A DNA stretch of 40,442 nt, from the NCBI GenBank assembly GCA_050692695.1, contig JBOGVI010000149.1, forward strand, positions 1 through 40,442, in the 5' to 3' direction. The notes under the pieces were generated by a model. That model was not told the DNA's origin and searched no databases. It worked only from the letters and a program-made list of their open reading frames with translations. Numbering within the stretch: the first letter of the stretch is position 1; the number at the start of each line of letters is the position of its first letter. The DNA is from Actinomycetota bacterium. Its GTDB lineage: Bacteria; Actinomycetota; UBA4738; HRBIN12. This document shows, piece after piece, positions 1 through 9,385 of this stretch. A program made the position numbers and the translations under genes.

Positions 1-489
1 GGCGTTCGCCGAGGTGTCCGGGATCGTGAGCTCCACCAGACCCACCCGGCCACCCTCCAGGCGGAGGATGCGCACCAGGTCGCCCACGGTCACCGCCTCC
101 TCCACCAACGCGGTGAGGAGGTGGGGGACGGAGACGGCCACGTCCACGCCCCACTGCTCGCTGAACATCCACTCGTTCCGGGGATGGTTCACCCGGGCCA
201 GAACCCGGGGCACGGCGTACTCCTGTTTCGCCAAGAGCGACGTGACCAGGTTGTCCTCGTCGTCACCGGTGGCGGCGACCACCACGTCGGCCGCCTTCAG
301 CTCGGCCTTCTCCAGGACCCACGGCTCGCAGGCGTCGCCCAGGAGGAAGTCCACGTCCGGGGCCCACTCCTTCGCCACCTCCAGCGTGGCTGGGTCCTGC
401 TCGATCACCAGGACGTCGTGGCCCCGAGTGGCCAGGTCTGACCCCAGGTACCGACCCACGGCCCCGGCGCCGGAGATCACCACGCGCAC
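1..489 (-). CDS. trkA: TrkA-like K+ transport NAD-binding (RCK) protein; C-terminus lies beyond the window edge
   Basis: Not in the ORF track because it is open at the window edge. Reverse translation from GTG (487-489) gives VRVVISGAGAVGRYLGSDLATRGHDVLVIEQD...DVVVAATGDDEDNLV, a GxGxxG Rossmann/RCK N-domain. It starts 2 nt after the TAG of the upstream trkA paralogue. Confidence 0.8.
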   Translation of the reverse strand, partial: MRVVISGAGAVGRYLGSDLATRGHDVLVIEQDPATLEVAKEWAPDVDFLLGDACEPWVLEKAELKAADVVVAATGDDEDNLVTSLLAKQEYAVPRVLARVNHPRNEWMFSEQWGVDVAVSVPHLLTALVEEAVTVGDLVRILRLEGGRVGLVELTIPDTSANA

Positions 490-491
490 GG

Positions 492-1151
492 CTAATGCTC
501 CCCCACGGGGGCCAGGATCTCGTCGAGGAGCTCCATCGCGTCCTTCTGGAGGATGAGCTGGACGATGTCGCCCTCCTTGAACGCGCTGGAGGCAACCGGG
601 ATGAACCCGTGTCCGCCCCGGTCCACCCCCACGACCAGGATCCTGCCGTCCGTGTTCATCGAGTTGACGGGGTGGCCGATCAGGTGATCGGGGACCTCGA
701 GCCGCATCCGGAACAGGTCACCGCCGGCCAGGCTCTCCTTGATCTCCTCACGGGGGTGCGACAGCATCAACAGGATCTGCTTCACGCCCCACGTCGTCGT
801 GGCCACCGTGGGGATGTTCAGCCGCTCGTAGATCTCGGCCCGGCGAGGGTCGTAGATGCGGGCGATGACCTTTGGCACGTGGTAGTACTCGCGGGCCACC
901 CGGGCGGAGACGATGTTCGAGTTGTCGCCGTTCGTCACTGACACGAAGGCGTCGGCCTCCTTGATACCGGCCTCGTCAAGGAGATCCCGGTCGAACCCCA
1001 GGCCGACCATGGTCCGGGCCTCGAACCCCGGGGGGAGCCGGTCGAAGGCCGAGGCCCGCTTGTCGATGATGGTGACCTCGTGCCCGGCCTTCCCGAGCTG
1101 GATGGTTAGCTCGGACCCGACCCGCCCGCAGCCGACGATGATGACCTTCAT
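492..1151 (-). CDS. trkA: TrkA K+ uptake regulatory protein (RCK_N + RCK_C)
   Basis: 219-aa ORF MKVIIVGCGRVGSELTIQLGKAGHEVTIIDK...DAFVSVTNGDNSNIV. It has a Rossmann GxGxxG motif and a C-terminal TrkA_C-like segment. It forms a tandem pair with the downstream paralogue, like the ceoB/ceoC arrangement. Confidence 0.9.
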   Translation of the reverse strand: MKVIIVGCGRVGSELTIQLGKAGHEVTIIDKRASAFDRLPPGFEARTMVGLGFDRDLLDEAGIKEADAFVSVTNGDNSNIVSARVAREYYHVPKVIARIYDPRRAEIYERLNIPTVATTTWGVKQILLMLSHPREEIKESLAGGDLFRMRLEVPDHLIGHPVNSMNTDGRILVVGVDRGGHGFIPVASSAFKEGDIVQLILQKDAMELLDEILAPVGEH

Positions 1152-1235
1152 CGAGCGGGTAGGTTAGCCCACGTCTGGGCCCCTCGCCTGCGGTTTCGGG
1201 CTCTCGCGGTCCTCCCGCTTTCACCAGCCGGGTCC

Positions 1236-1241
1236 TAGAAT
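1236..1241 (+). promoter_or_regulatory. Candidate -10 hexamer TAGAAT 7 nt upstream of the permease ATG (leaderless-type promoter)
   Basis: TAGAAT at 1236-1241 and ATG at 1249. No Shine-Dalgarno sequence lies between them. This spacing would put the transcription start at or next to the start codon, as is common in Actinobacteria. Confidence 0.35.
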
Positions 1242-1248
1242 CCGCGGG

Positions 1249-3576
1249 ATGGCCATCGCCTCGCAGACCGGCTCGCCGTTCGAGGTGCTGAAGCGCCTGT
1301 TGATCGGGCGCGCCCTCGCCACGCACAAGCAGGAGCACCAGCTCCTCCCCAAGTTCCTGGCTCTCCCGGTCTTCTCCTCCGACCCCTTGTCCTCGGTGGC
1401 GTACGCGACCGAGGAGATGATGCTGGTGCTGATCGCCGCGGGGGCCGGGGCGCTCAGGTTGAAGCTTCCGATCGCCACCGCCATCGCCATCCTGCTGGTG
1501 ATCGTGGTGACGTCGTACCGCCAGACCGTGCGAGCCTACCCCCGCGGCGGCGGGTCCTACATCGTGGCGAGGGAGAACCTGGGGACCATCCCGGGGCTGG
1601 TCGCCGCCGCGGCCATCCTGGCCGACTACGTGCTCACGGTGGCGGTGAGCGTCACGGCCGGGACCATCGCCATCACCTCCGCGGCGCCCGCCCTGGTCGA
1701 CCACAAGGTGGCCATGGCCATCGCCCTGGTCGCCTTCGTCACCTTGGTCAACCTCCGGGGCGTGAAAGAGGCGGGGATGCTCTTCGCATTCCCCACCTAC
1801 GGTTTCGTGGCCATGGTCTTCCTCATGCTGATCGTGGGGATGGTCCGATGCTTTGGCGGCTGTCCGACGGCGGCCACATCCACGTTGATCCTGGAGGATG
1901 TGACGGCGCTCAGCCTGTTCCTGGTGCTGAAGGCGTTCTCATCCGGCGCCACCGCCCTCACGGGGGTGGAGGCCATCGCGGACGGGGTCCAGGCCTTCCG
2001 GCGCCCTCAGGCGAAGAACGCGGCGAACACCCTGGCGGTCATGGCCGCCATCAGCATCTCGATGTTCTTGGGCATCACGCTGCTCGCCGGGTTGCTGGAG
2101 GTCCGCGTCACCCACGACATCGCCTCGTCGAAGTCGGTGCTGGCCCAGATCGGCGAGACCGTGTTCGGAGATGGCAGTCCCCTGTTCTACGTCCTCCAGG
2201 TCTTCACCGCCGGCATCCTTGTGCTCGCGGCGAACACGTCGTTCCAGGACTTCCCCCGCCTGTCCTCGATCCTGGCCCGGGACCGGTTCATGCCGTCCCA
2301 GTTCCGCAACCGAGGTGACCGGCTGGTGTTCTCGAACGGGGTGGTGGTGCTCGCGGCGCTGGCGTCGTTATTGATCTGGATCTTCGACGCGAACCTCACG
2401 AGCCTGATCCAGCTTTACGTGGTGGGCGTGTTCACCGCCTTCACGCTGTCCCAAGCCGGGATGGTCGTCCGGTGGGTCCGGACCAGGGCTGAGAAGTGGC
2501 GGCGGAGCGCGACCATCAACGGGATCGGGGCCACGGTCACCGGGGTGGTCCTCGTCATCGTGACCATAACGAAGTTCCTAGGAGGGGCGTGGATCGTGAT
2601 CGCGGCCATCCCCGTGATCGTGGCGTTCTTCCTCGCCGTCCACCGCCACTACGCCCGCGTGGGAGCGGCCTTGCGGGCCGGCCACCTGACGGCCAAGCAC
2701 GAGGCCCGGAACGTGTTCGTCGTCCTCGTCCGCGACCTCGGACCGGCCACCGTCGACGCCGTGGCCTACCTGCGCGCCATCCGGCCCGAGCAGGTGCGGC
2801 CGCTGTGGGTGGGACCGGCCGAGGAGTACCCATCGGCCGAGGTCGAATGGGCGGTGCGATGCCCGCGCCTGGGAGATCTGGAGTTGCTGCCCGCCGGCGA
2901 CGAACACCTCGTCCGAGAGTTGCGCCGGTACCTCCACAAGATCGAGCGGGACCCGGGCGACTTCGTGACCGTCATCGTCCCGGAGGTGCTGTCCGGGCGC
3001 TCGTGGCTTCAGTTCCTGCGGAACCGGTCGGCCCTGATGGTCAAGACCTCCCTCCTGTTCGAGGAAGGGATCGTGGTCACCGACATCCCCCTGCTTCCCG
3101 AGGAGCGTGCGGCGGCGGAGGCCCACGCTAAACGGCCGGTCGAACCCGAGCGGACGGTCGTCCTGATCCCAGTGTCGGGCATCCACGATGCGACGGTTCG
3201 GGCCGTGGTGTACGCCAAGTCCCTGAACCCGGCGGCCGTGGAAGGACTGTTCTTCGTGACCGATCCGGAGGAGGTGGAACCCATCATCGACGGATGGCAC
3301 GACAGGCACATGGATGTGCCGCTCATCCTGGTCGAGGCACCCTTCCGCGACCTGGGCGACCCGCTCCTTGCCGAGATCCGCAAGCACACGGACCGGCGAG
3401 ACACCATCGTCACCGTCGTTCTCCCCGAGCTGATCCCGGCCCACTGGTGGGAGAACCTGCTCCACAACCAGACGGCCTTCTACATCAAGCGGATGCTCCT
3501 GTTCGAGCCGAACGTGGTCGTGACGAGCGTCCCGGTCCACGTGCGGACGGCGACGCCCGCACCCACCTCGTCGTAA
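1249..3576 (+). CDS. APC-superfamily permease with a duplicated cytoplasmic C-terminal domain
   Basis: 775-aa ORF. The N-terminal ~470 aa are multi-TM (LPVFSSDPLSSVAYATEEMMLVL, typical of the actinobacterial APC permeases found next to trkA). The C-terminal ~290 aa form two ~130-aa repeats. The gene is divergent from the trkA pair. Confidence 0.85.
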   Translation: MAIASQTGSPFEVLKRLLIGRALATHKQEHQLLPKFLALPVFSSDPLSSVAYATEEMMLVLIAAGAGALRLKLPIATAIAILLVIVVTSYRQTVRAYPRGGGSYIVARENLGTIPGLVAAAAILADYVLTVAVSVTAGTIAITSAAPALVDHKVAMAIALVAFVTLVNLRGVKEAGMLFAFPTYGFVAMVFLMLIVGMVRCFGGCPTAATSTLILEDVTALSLFLVLKAFSSGATALTGVEAIADGVQAFRRPQAKNAANTLAVMAAISISMFLGITLLAGLLEVRVTHDIASSKSVLAQIGETVFGDGSPLFYVLQVFTAGILVLAANTSFQDFPRLSSILARDRFMPSQFRNRGDRLVFSNGVVVLAALASLLIWIFDANLTSLIQLYVVGVFTAFTLSQAGMVVRWVRTRAEKWRRSATINGIGATVTGVVLVIVTITKFLGGAWIVIAAIPVIVAFFLAVHRHYARVGAALRAGHLTAKHEARNVFVVLVRDLGPATVDAVAYLRAIRPEQVRPLWVGPAEEYPSAEVEWAVRCPRLGDLELLPAGDEHLVRELRRYLHKIERDPGDFVTVIVPEVLSGRSWLQFLRNRSALMVKTSLLFEEGIVVTDIPLLPEERAAAEAHAKRPVEPERTVVLIPVSGIHDATVRAVVYAKSLNPAAVEGLFFVTDPEEVEPIIDGWHDRHMDVPLILVEAPFRDLGDPLLAEIRKHTDRRDTIVTVVLPELIPAHWWENLLHNQTAFYIKRMLLFEPNVVVTSVPVHVRTATPAPTSS

Positions 3577-3585
3577 GGAGAAGTC

Positions 3586-4131
3586 ATGGATCGCGACGCC
3601 GCCATCGAGCTGTGCCGGGACCGGGCCGAGAAGGAGACCACCGTCCGCCACCTGATCTCCGTCGAAGGGGTGATGCGGGCCCTCGCTCGGCGGTTTGGGG
3701 AGGACGAGGGCCTGTGGGCGCTGACCGGGCTGTTCCACGACCTCGACCAGGACCAGACCCAGGACGACCCGGAGCAACACGCTCACCTCGCCGCCGAGTG
3801 GCTGCGGGAGGCCGGCGTGGACGAGCGCGTGGTGAACGGCGTGCTGGCCCACGCCCACGAGCGATACCGGACCGACCTGATGTCGAAGGCCGTGGTGAAC
3901 GCGGACGCGGTGGCGGGCCTCCTGGTGGCGGCGGCCCTGGTCCGCCCGGAGAAGGCTGCGGGCATGAAGGTGTCCTCGGTGAAGAAGAAGCTGAAGGAGA
4001 AGGCCTTCGCGCCCGGCGTGAACCGGGAGGAGGTCACGTCGGTTGAGCAGTCGATCGGGCTCCCCCTCGACGAGTTCATCGCCGTGGGGATCGAAGGCCT
4101 CCAGTCCGTGGCCCCCGAGATCGGGCTGTAG
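3586..4131 (+). CDS. HD-domain metal-dependent phosphohydrolase
   Basis: 181-aa ORF preceded by a strong SD (AAGGAGAAGTC-ATG). HD dyad in GLFHDLDQ, an upstream His (VRHLISVEGV) and a downstream LAHAHE. Confidence 0.75.
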   Translation: MDRDAAIELCRDRAEKETTVRHLISVEGVMRALARRFGEDEGLWALTGLFHDLDQDQTQDDPEQHAHLAAEWLREAGVDERVVNGVLAHAHERYRTDLMSKAVVNADAVAGLLVAAALVRPEKAAGMKVSSVKKKLKEKAFAPGVNREEVTSVEQSIGLPLDEFIAVGIEGLQSVAPEIGL

Positions 4132-4179
4132 GCGACGGGAGGCGGGCGCGGCCGCGGTCCGTGGGCTCGGCTCCGGACC

Positions 4180-4875
4180 TCAGCGAGCCAGGGTGTCCTC
4201 TTCCTTGGAGGGATCGGGGTCGTCCGCCGCGGTGTCCGTTGCGGGCACCGGTTGGGCCCGGAGATCGCGGACCCTCCGCCACACCCACCAGCCCACCGTT
4301 CCGACCACCGCCGCGGCGATCAGCCAGGAGAAGGGCTGGATGAACCGCTCCACCTGCTCCCACCGCTCCCCCAGCTTGTAGCCGAGGAACGCCAGCCCGA
4401 ACGTCCATGGCAGGCACCCCAGCAGGGTGTACAGGCTGAACTTCCAGAAGCTCATCCTGGCCACCCCCGCCGGCAGGCTGATGAACGTCCTGACCACCGG
4501 GAGGAGCCGCCCGAAGAACACCGCCTCGTGCCCGTACCGCTCGAACCAGTCGTGGGCCCGGTCGATCTCGTGGGGCCGCAGCAAGAGGTATCGGCCCCAC
4601 CGGTCGATGAGGGGCCGCCCTCCCACGTACCCCACCCAATACGCGAACCACGAACCCACCAGGTTGGCCACCGCCCCCACCACGCCCACCGCCACCAGGT
4701 CGAGCTGATGCTCGGGGGCCAGGAACGGGGCGCTCACCAGGGCCCCTCCGAACAGCATGGTGACCTCGCTGGGGATAGGGATACACGCGGATTCCAGCAC
4801 CATGAGGACGAAGATCGCGAGGTAGCCGTACTGTGCGACCTCGTCCGTGATGAACCTGCTGAGGATTCCGAGCAC
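4180..4875 (-). CDS. DedA/SNARE-associated family membrane protein
   Basis: 231-aa ORF with a GTG start. YGYLAIFVLMVLESACIPIPSEVTMLFGGAL and FFGRLLPVVRTFISLPAG are DedA signature stretches, and several TM helices are present. Confidence 0.85.
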   Translation of the reverse strand: MLGILSRFITDEVAQYGYLAIFVLMVLESACIPIPSEVTMLFGGALVSAPFLAPEHQLDLVAVGVVGAVANLVGSWFAYWVGYVGGRPLIDRWGRYLLLRPHEIDRAHDWFERYGHEAVFFGRLLPVVRTFISLPAGVARMSFWKFSLYTLLGCLPWTFGLAFLGYKLGERWEQVERFIQPFSWLIAAAVVGTVGWWVWRRVRDLRAQPVPATDTAADDPDPSKEEDTLAR

Positions 4876-5068
4876 GCGCCGACTCCGGGGGAGCGGGAAT
4901 GAACCGAGGGTATCACCGCGTTCGAAGGGGGCGGACCGCTCCGACCCTGCCCCGCGGCCGGAGCCATAATCCCCGGGACGACGGCGGGGGCTGGTACCCT
5001 GCGCCCGGATGCCGCCTCCGCCGGCCGGGCCTCCTGCCCCCCATCAGACGAATGGAAGCGATTGACGC

Positions 5069-7363
5069 ATGACAAAGACGCTGGTGGTCGTGGAATCGCC
5101 CACCAAGGCGAAGACCCTGGAGCGATACCTCGGCCCCGACTACACGGTTCGTGCCTCCTACGGGCACATCCGCGACCTGCCCAAGAGCAAGCTGGGCGTG
5201 GATACCGACCGGGAGTTCGAGCCCGAGTACGTGATCCCGGAGGCCTCGGAGAAGGCCGTCCGGGCCCTCCGCTCCGCCCACAAGAAGGCCGAGGAGCTGG
5301 TGCTGGCCACAGACTTCGACCGGGAGGGAGAGGCCATCGCCTACCACGTGGCCGAGGTCCTGAAGGTGGACCCGGCCACGGCCAAGCGGGTCACGTTCAC
5401 CGAGATCACCCGGGATGCCATCCTGGACGCCTTCCAGCACCCCCGGGCCATCGACCTCCGGCTCGTCGAGGCCCAGCAGGCCCGGCGGATCCTGGACCGG
5501 CTGGTGGGCTACCGGCTCTCGCCGGTCCTTTGGAAGAAGGTCCGCCCGGGGCTGTCGGCCGGCCGGGTTCAATCGGTGGCCCTCCGGCTCATCGTGGATC
5601 GGGAGCGAGACATCCAGGCCTTCGTTCCGGTCGAGTACTGGAGCGTTGACGTCCGCGTTACTCCCCAGGACGAGGAGGTGCCCTTCCTGGCCCGGCTGAT
5701 CGAGATCCCCCAGGGCAAGCTGGCGGCCTCGCCCGACAAGAAGGGCATCACCCTTTCCACCGAGGCGGACGCCGTGCGCCAGGTGGATCGGCTGGGCGTG
5801 GCCGGCTATCGGGTGTCGGAGGTTAGGGAGAAGGAGATCAAGCGGACCCCCGCGGCCCCCTTCACCACCTCCACCCTTCAGCAGGAGGCTGCCCGGAAGC
5901 TGGGGTTCGGAGCGCGAAGGACCATGCGCGTCGCCCAGCAGCTGTACGAGGGCATCGACCTCCCGGGCGAGGGACGGGTGGGTCTGATCACGTACATGCG
6001 GACCGACTCGAAGACCATCGCCGAGTCGGCCCTCCGGGAGATCGCGGAGGTCGTCCGGACCGAGTTCGGGGCGGCCTACGCCGTGAAGCAGCCTCGCCGA
6101 TACAAGACGAAGCAGCGAGGAGCGCAGGAGGCCCACGAGGCCATCCGGCCCACGTCGGCCATGCGCTCCCCCGACCGGGTGGCCGGAGCGCTGGACAGGG
6201 GCCAGTTCGCGCTGTACCGCCTGATCTGGCAGCGGACGGTGGCCTCGCAGATGGCCGAGGCCCGGTTCGACCAGGTCTCGGTGGACGTCGAGGCCACGGC
6301 GGGAGACGACCGGTACCTGCTTCGGGCCACCGGCCAGACCATGAAATTCGATGGGTTCCGCCGCGTGTACTTCGAGGGCCGCGACGACGCCGCCGACGAG
6401 GACGCGGAATCTGCGCTCCCCCGCCTCTCGGCCCAGCAGGTGCTCCGGCTCCTGGAGGTCCTGCCGGAACAGCACTTCACGCAGCCGCCCCCCCGGTTCA
6501 CCGAGGCCTCGTTGGTGAAAGCCCTGGAGGAGCTGGGTATCGGGCGCCCCTCGACGTACGCGTCCATCATCTGGACGCTCCAGGACCGCGGGTACGTCCG
6601 CCTGGAGGACAAGCGGTTCTTCCCCGAGGACGTCGGCGAGGTGGTGACCGATCTGCTGATCGAGTTCTTCCCCGACGTGGTCGACGTGAACTTCACCGCG
6701 AAGCTGGAGGAGGACCTTGACCAGATCGCCGAGGGCGCGATGGGGTGGGTGCAGGTCCTCGACGAGTTCTACGGGCCGTTCGAGCGGCTGCTGGAGAAGA
6801 ACGAGGAGGAGATCCAGCGATTCGAGGAGGTCCTGGACGAGCGCTGTCCGCTGTGTCCTCAGGAGGGCCGGGAGCCCGGCCAGCTCGTGATCAAGCTGGG
6901 CCGGTACGGGAAGTTCATCGGGTGTAGCAACTGGCCCGACTGCAGCTACATCCGCAACCTCGACGGGCAGGAGCGGAAGGAGCCCGAGATCCTCGAGGAG
7001 ACCTGCCCCGAATGCGGCCGCCCACTGGCGAAGAAGTCGGGGAGGTTCGGGCCCTTCATCGGATGCACCGGCTACCCCGAGTGCAAGTACATCAAGAAGG
7101 AGGAGCAGAAGACCGGGGTGAAGTGCCCGAAGTGCGGCCAGGGCGACCTCGTCGTGAAGCGGGCACGGCGGGGCAAGCGGGGAAGCGTGTTCTACGGCTG
7201 CAACCGGTACCCGGACTGCGACTTCACTGTGGGCCAGCGGCCCGTCCCCGAGGCCTGCCCGACCTGCGGCTCGCTCATGGTGCAGCAGAGGGACGGCAGT
7301 ACCAAGTGCACGAGCTGTGGCACGATCGTGGGAGCCGTGGCCGAGTCCGCAGCGGAGGGGTAG
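5069..7363 (+). CDS. topA: DNA topoisomerase I (type IA) with four C-terminal Cys4 zinc ribbons
   Basis: 764-aa ORF. TOPRIM N-terminus (LVVVESPTKAKTLERYLG, LATDFDREGEAIA), catalytic region (GLITYMRTDS) and four CxxC...CxxC modules at the C-terminus. Confidence 0.97.
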   Translation: MTKTLVVVESPTKAKTLERYLGPDYTVRASYGHIRDLPKSKLGVDTDREFEPEYVIPEASEKAVRALRSAHKKAEELVLATDFDREGEAIAYHVAEVLKVDPATAKRVTFTEITRDAILDAFQHPRAIDLRLVEAQQARRILDRLVGYRLSPVLWKKVRPGLSAGRVQSVALRLIVDRERDIQAFVPVEYWSVDVRVTPQDEEVPFLARLIEIPQGKLAASPDKKGITLSTEADAVRQVDRLGVAGYRVSEVREKEIKRTPAAPFTTSTLQQEAARKLGFGARRTMRVAQQLYEGIDLPGEGRVGLITYMRTDSKTIAESALREIAEVVRTEFGAAYAVKQPRRYKTKQRGAQEAHEAIRPTSAMRSPDRVAGALDRGQFALYRLIWQRTVASQMAEARFDQVSVDVEATAGDDRYLLRATGQTMKFDGFRRVYFEGRDDAADEDAESALPRLSAQQVLRLLEVLPEQHFTQPPPRFTEASLVKALEELGIGRPSTYASIIWTLQDRGYVRLEDKRFFPEDVGEVVTDLLIEFFPDVVDVNFTAKLEEDLDQIAEGAMGWVQVLDEFYGPFERLLEKNEEEIQRFEEVLDERCPLCPQEGREPGQLVIKLGRYGKFIGCSNWPDCSYIRNLDGQERKEPEILEETCPECGRPLAKKSGRFGPFIGCTGYPECKYIKKEEQKTGVKCPKCGQGDLVVKRARRGKRGSVFYGCNRYPDCDFTVGQRPVPEACPTCGSLMVQQRDGSTKCTSCGTIVGAVAESAAEG

Positions 7364-9385
7364 TTGTCGAGCATCGCCGAGGAGGTCGCACAGCTTCGCG
7401 GGACCAAGTCGGCGACCTTCAGGGACCTCCTGACCCGCCCCCCGTTCCCCCGGTTGCTGGCGGCGCAGACGGTCTCGTCGCTGGGCGACTGGGTCGGGTT
7501 CGTGGCCGTCGCGTCGCTCGTGGAGCGGCTGGGGGGAACCGTCGGCGCGTACGCGGTGGCCGGCGTGATGCTCGCCCGGATGCTTCCGTCGATCCTGTTC
7601 GGCCCGGTGGCCGGTGCCCTGGTCGACCGGTTCGATCGCAAGCGAATCATGATCACGGCCGACGTGACCCGGGGCGCGCTCTACGCCTCGATGCCGTTCC
7701 TGGGCAAGCTGTGGGCCATCTTCGCGGTGTCGTTCCTGATCGAGTCGCTCTCCCTGCTGTGGACGCCGGCCCGCGACGCCAGCCTGCCGAACCTCGTGCC
7801 CAGGCGACAGCTCGCCAACGCCAACTCGCTCGGACTTCTCTCGACCTACGGGACGCTCCCCCTGGGCGGGGCGATCTTCGCGTTCCTCGCGGGCACGTCG
7901 GGCCTGTTCCCGTACCTGAAGTTCCGACCCGAGTTCCTCGCGCTCTGGCTCGACGCCGGGACGTTCGGTTTCTCCGCCCTGATGATCAGCCGGATCCCTA
8001 TCCCCACCCCGCCCTCCAGGGCCGTGGGGAAGTTCGAGAGCTCCCATGTGTTGCGGGACATCGCCGAAGGGGTCCGGTTCCTCCGCCAGCATTCGCTCGC
8101 CTCGTCCATGACCGTGGGCATCGTCTCGGCGTTCAGCGCGGTCGGCGCCGTGCTCGCGCTGGGGCCGATCTTCGCCAGGACGACGCTCGCCTCGGGTGCG
8201 GCGGGCTGGGGACTCCTGGTCACGTCGTTCGGCATCGGCATGGGGATCGGGATGGCGTCCGTGAACAAGCTCGTCGAGTACGCCGAGCGCGACCGTCTGC
8301 TCGTGTGGTCGCTGGTCGCGGCGGCCGCGACCCTCTTGGTGCTTGCGGCGATGCCCACCATCGCGGGGGCGGCCGCGCTGACGGTGGTGCTGGGCTTTTT
8401 CTGTGGGGGGGCGTGGGTCTCGGGCTACGTCTTGCTCCAGGAGAACGTGGCCGACGAGTACCGCGGCCGCACGTTCGGGTCCCTCACCGTCCTGTCGCGG
8501 TTCGGCCTGTTCCTTTCGCTGGCGGGGTTCCCCGCCCTTGCCGGGCTGATCGGGTTGCACCATTTCGTGAGGGTGGGCGGGGTTGAGGTCGACCTGTCCG
8601 GTACCAGGGTCGCGCTGATGGTCGCCGGCCTGGGCGTCATCGTGGCCGCCGACGTGACCCGCAGGGGACTGAAGCGGTTCCGGGTGAGCCGGCCCAAGCC
8701 GCTCGCCCTCGTCCCCAAGCTGAAGCGGCCTCCCCGGCGGGGCATCTTCGTGGTGTTCGAGGGAGTCGAGGGCTCCGGCAAGGGCACGCAGATCCGCCTG
8801 GCCAAGGAGTGGCTGGAATCGGAGGGGACCGACGCCCTCGTGACGCGCGAGCCCGGCGGCACACAGGTGGGCGAGCGGCTGCGGGACCTCCTGCTCGGCC
8901 ACGACATCGGGCACATCGAGCCCCGGACCGAGGCCCTGCTGTTCGCGGCGAGCCGGGCCCAGCACGTGGCAAGCGTGATCCGGCCTGCGCTCGCCGAGGG
9001 CAAGGTGGTGATCTGCGACCGGTACATCGACTCCTCCGTCGCGTACCAGGGATGGGGCCGAGGGCTCGGCGAACAGGACGTCCTCACGCTCAACGTGTGG
9101 GCCACCCAGGGTCTGTTCCCGGACCTGGTGCTCCTCCTGCACGTGGAGCCGGAGGCTGGCCTGCTGCGCTCGTTGGAAGAGCCCGATCGGATCGAGATGG
9201 AGTCGGGGGACTTCCATGCCAAGGTGTCCAACGCCTACCTCAAGATCGCCGAGGAGCATCCGGAGCGGTTCGTGGTGATCGACTCGAGCGGCCCGCCACA
9301 AGAGGTGCACGAACGGGTGACGGAGGCCATGCGTCGCGTGCTGAAGGAGCGCGAGGAGGATGAGCGGGACGGTCGGGATGCGTGA
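7364..9385 (+). CDS. tmk: Bifunctional MFS transporter / thymidylate (dTMP) kinase fusion
   Basis: 673-aa ORF with a TTG start directly abutting the topA TAG; SD GGAGGGG at 7352-7358. The N-terminal ~450 aa are an MFS_3-like 12-TM protein (LAAQTVSSLGDW, GALVDRFDRKR). The C-terminal ~210 aa are Tmk (FVVFEGVEGSGKGTQ P-loop, TREPGGT, DRYIDSSVAYQG). Confidence 0.9.
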   Translation: MSSIAEEVAQLRGTKSATFRDLLTRPPFPRLLAAQTVSSLGDWVGFVAVASLVERLGGTVGAYAVAGVMLARMLPSILFGPVAGALVDRFDRKRIMITADVTRGALYASMPFLGKLWAIFAVSFLIESLSLLWTPARDASLPNLVPRRQLANANSLGLLSTYGTLPLGGAIFAFLAGTSGLFPYLKFRPEFLALWLDAGTFGFSALMISRIPIPTPPSRAVGKFESSHVLRDIAEGVRFLRQHSLASSMTVGIVSAFSAVGAVLALGPIFARTTLASGAAGWGLLVTSFGIGMGIGMASVNKLVEYAERDRLLVWSLVAAAATLLVLAAMPTIAGAAALTVVLGFFCGGAWVSGYVLLQENVADEYRGRTFGSLTVLSRFGLFLSLAGFPALAGLIGLHHFVRVGGVEVDLSGTRVALMVAGLGVIVAADVTRRGLKRFRVSRPKPLALVPKLKRPPRRGIFVVFEGVEGSGKGTQIRLAKEWLESEGTDALVTREPGGTQVGERLRDLLLGHDIGHIEPRTEALLFAASRAQHVASVIRPALAEGKVVICDRYIDSSVAYQGWGRGLGEQDVLTLNVWATQGLFPDLVLLLHVEPEAGLLRSLEEPDRIEMESGDFHAKVSNAYLKIAEEHPERFVVIDSSGPPQEVHERVTEAMRRVLKEREEDERDGRDA

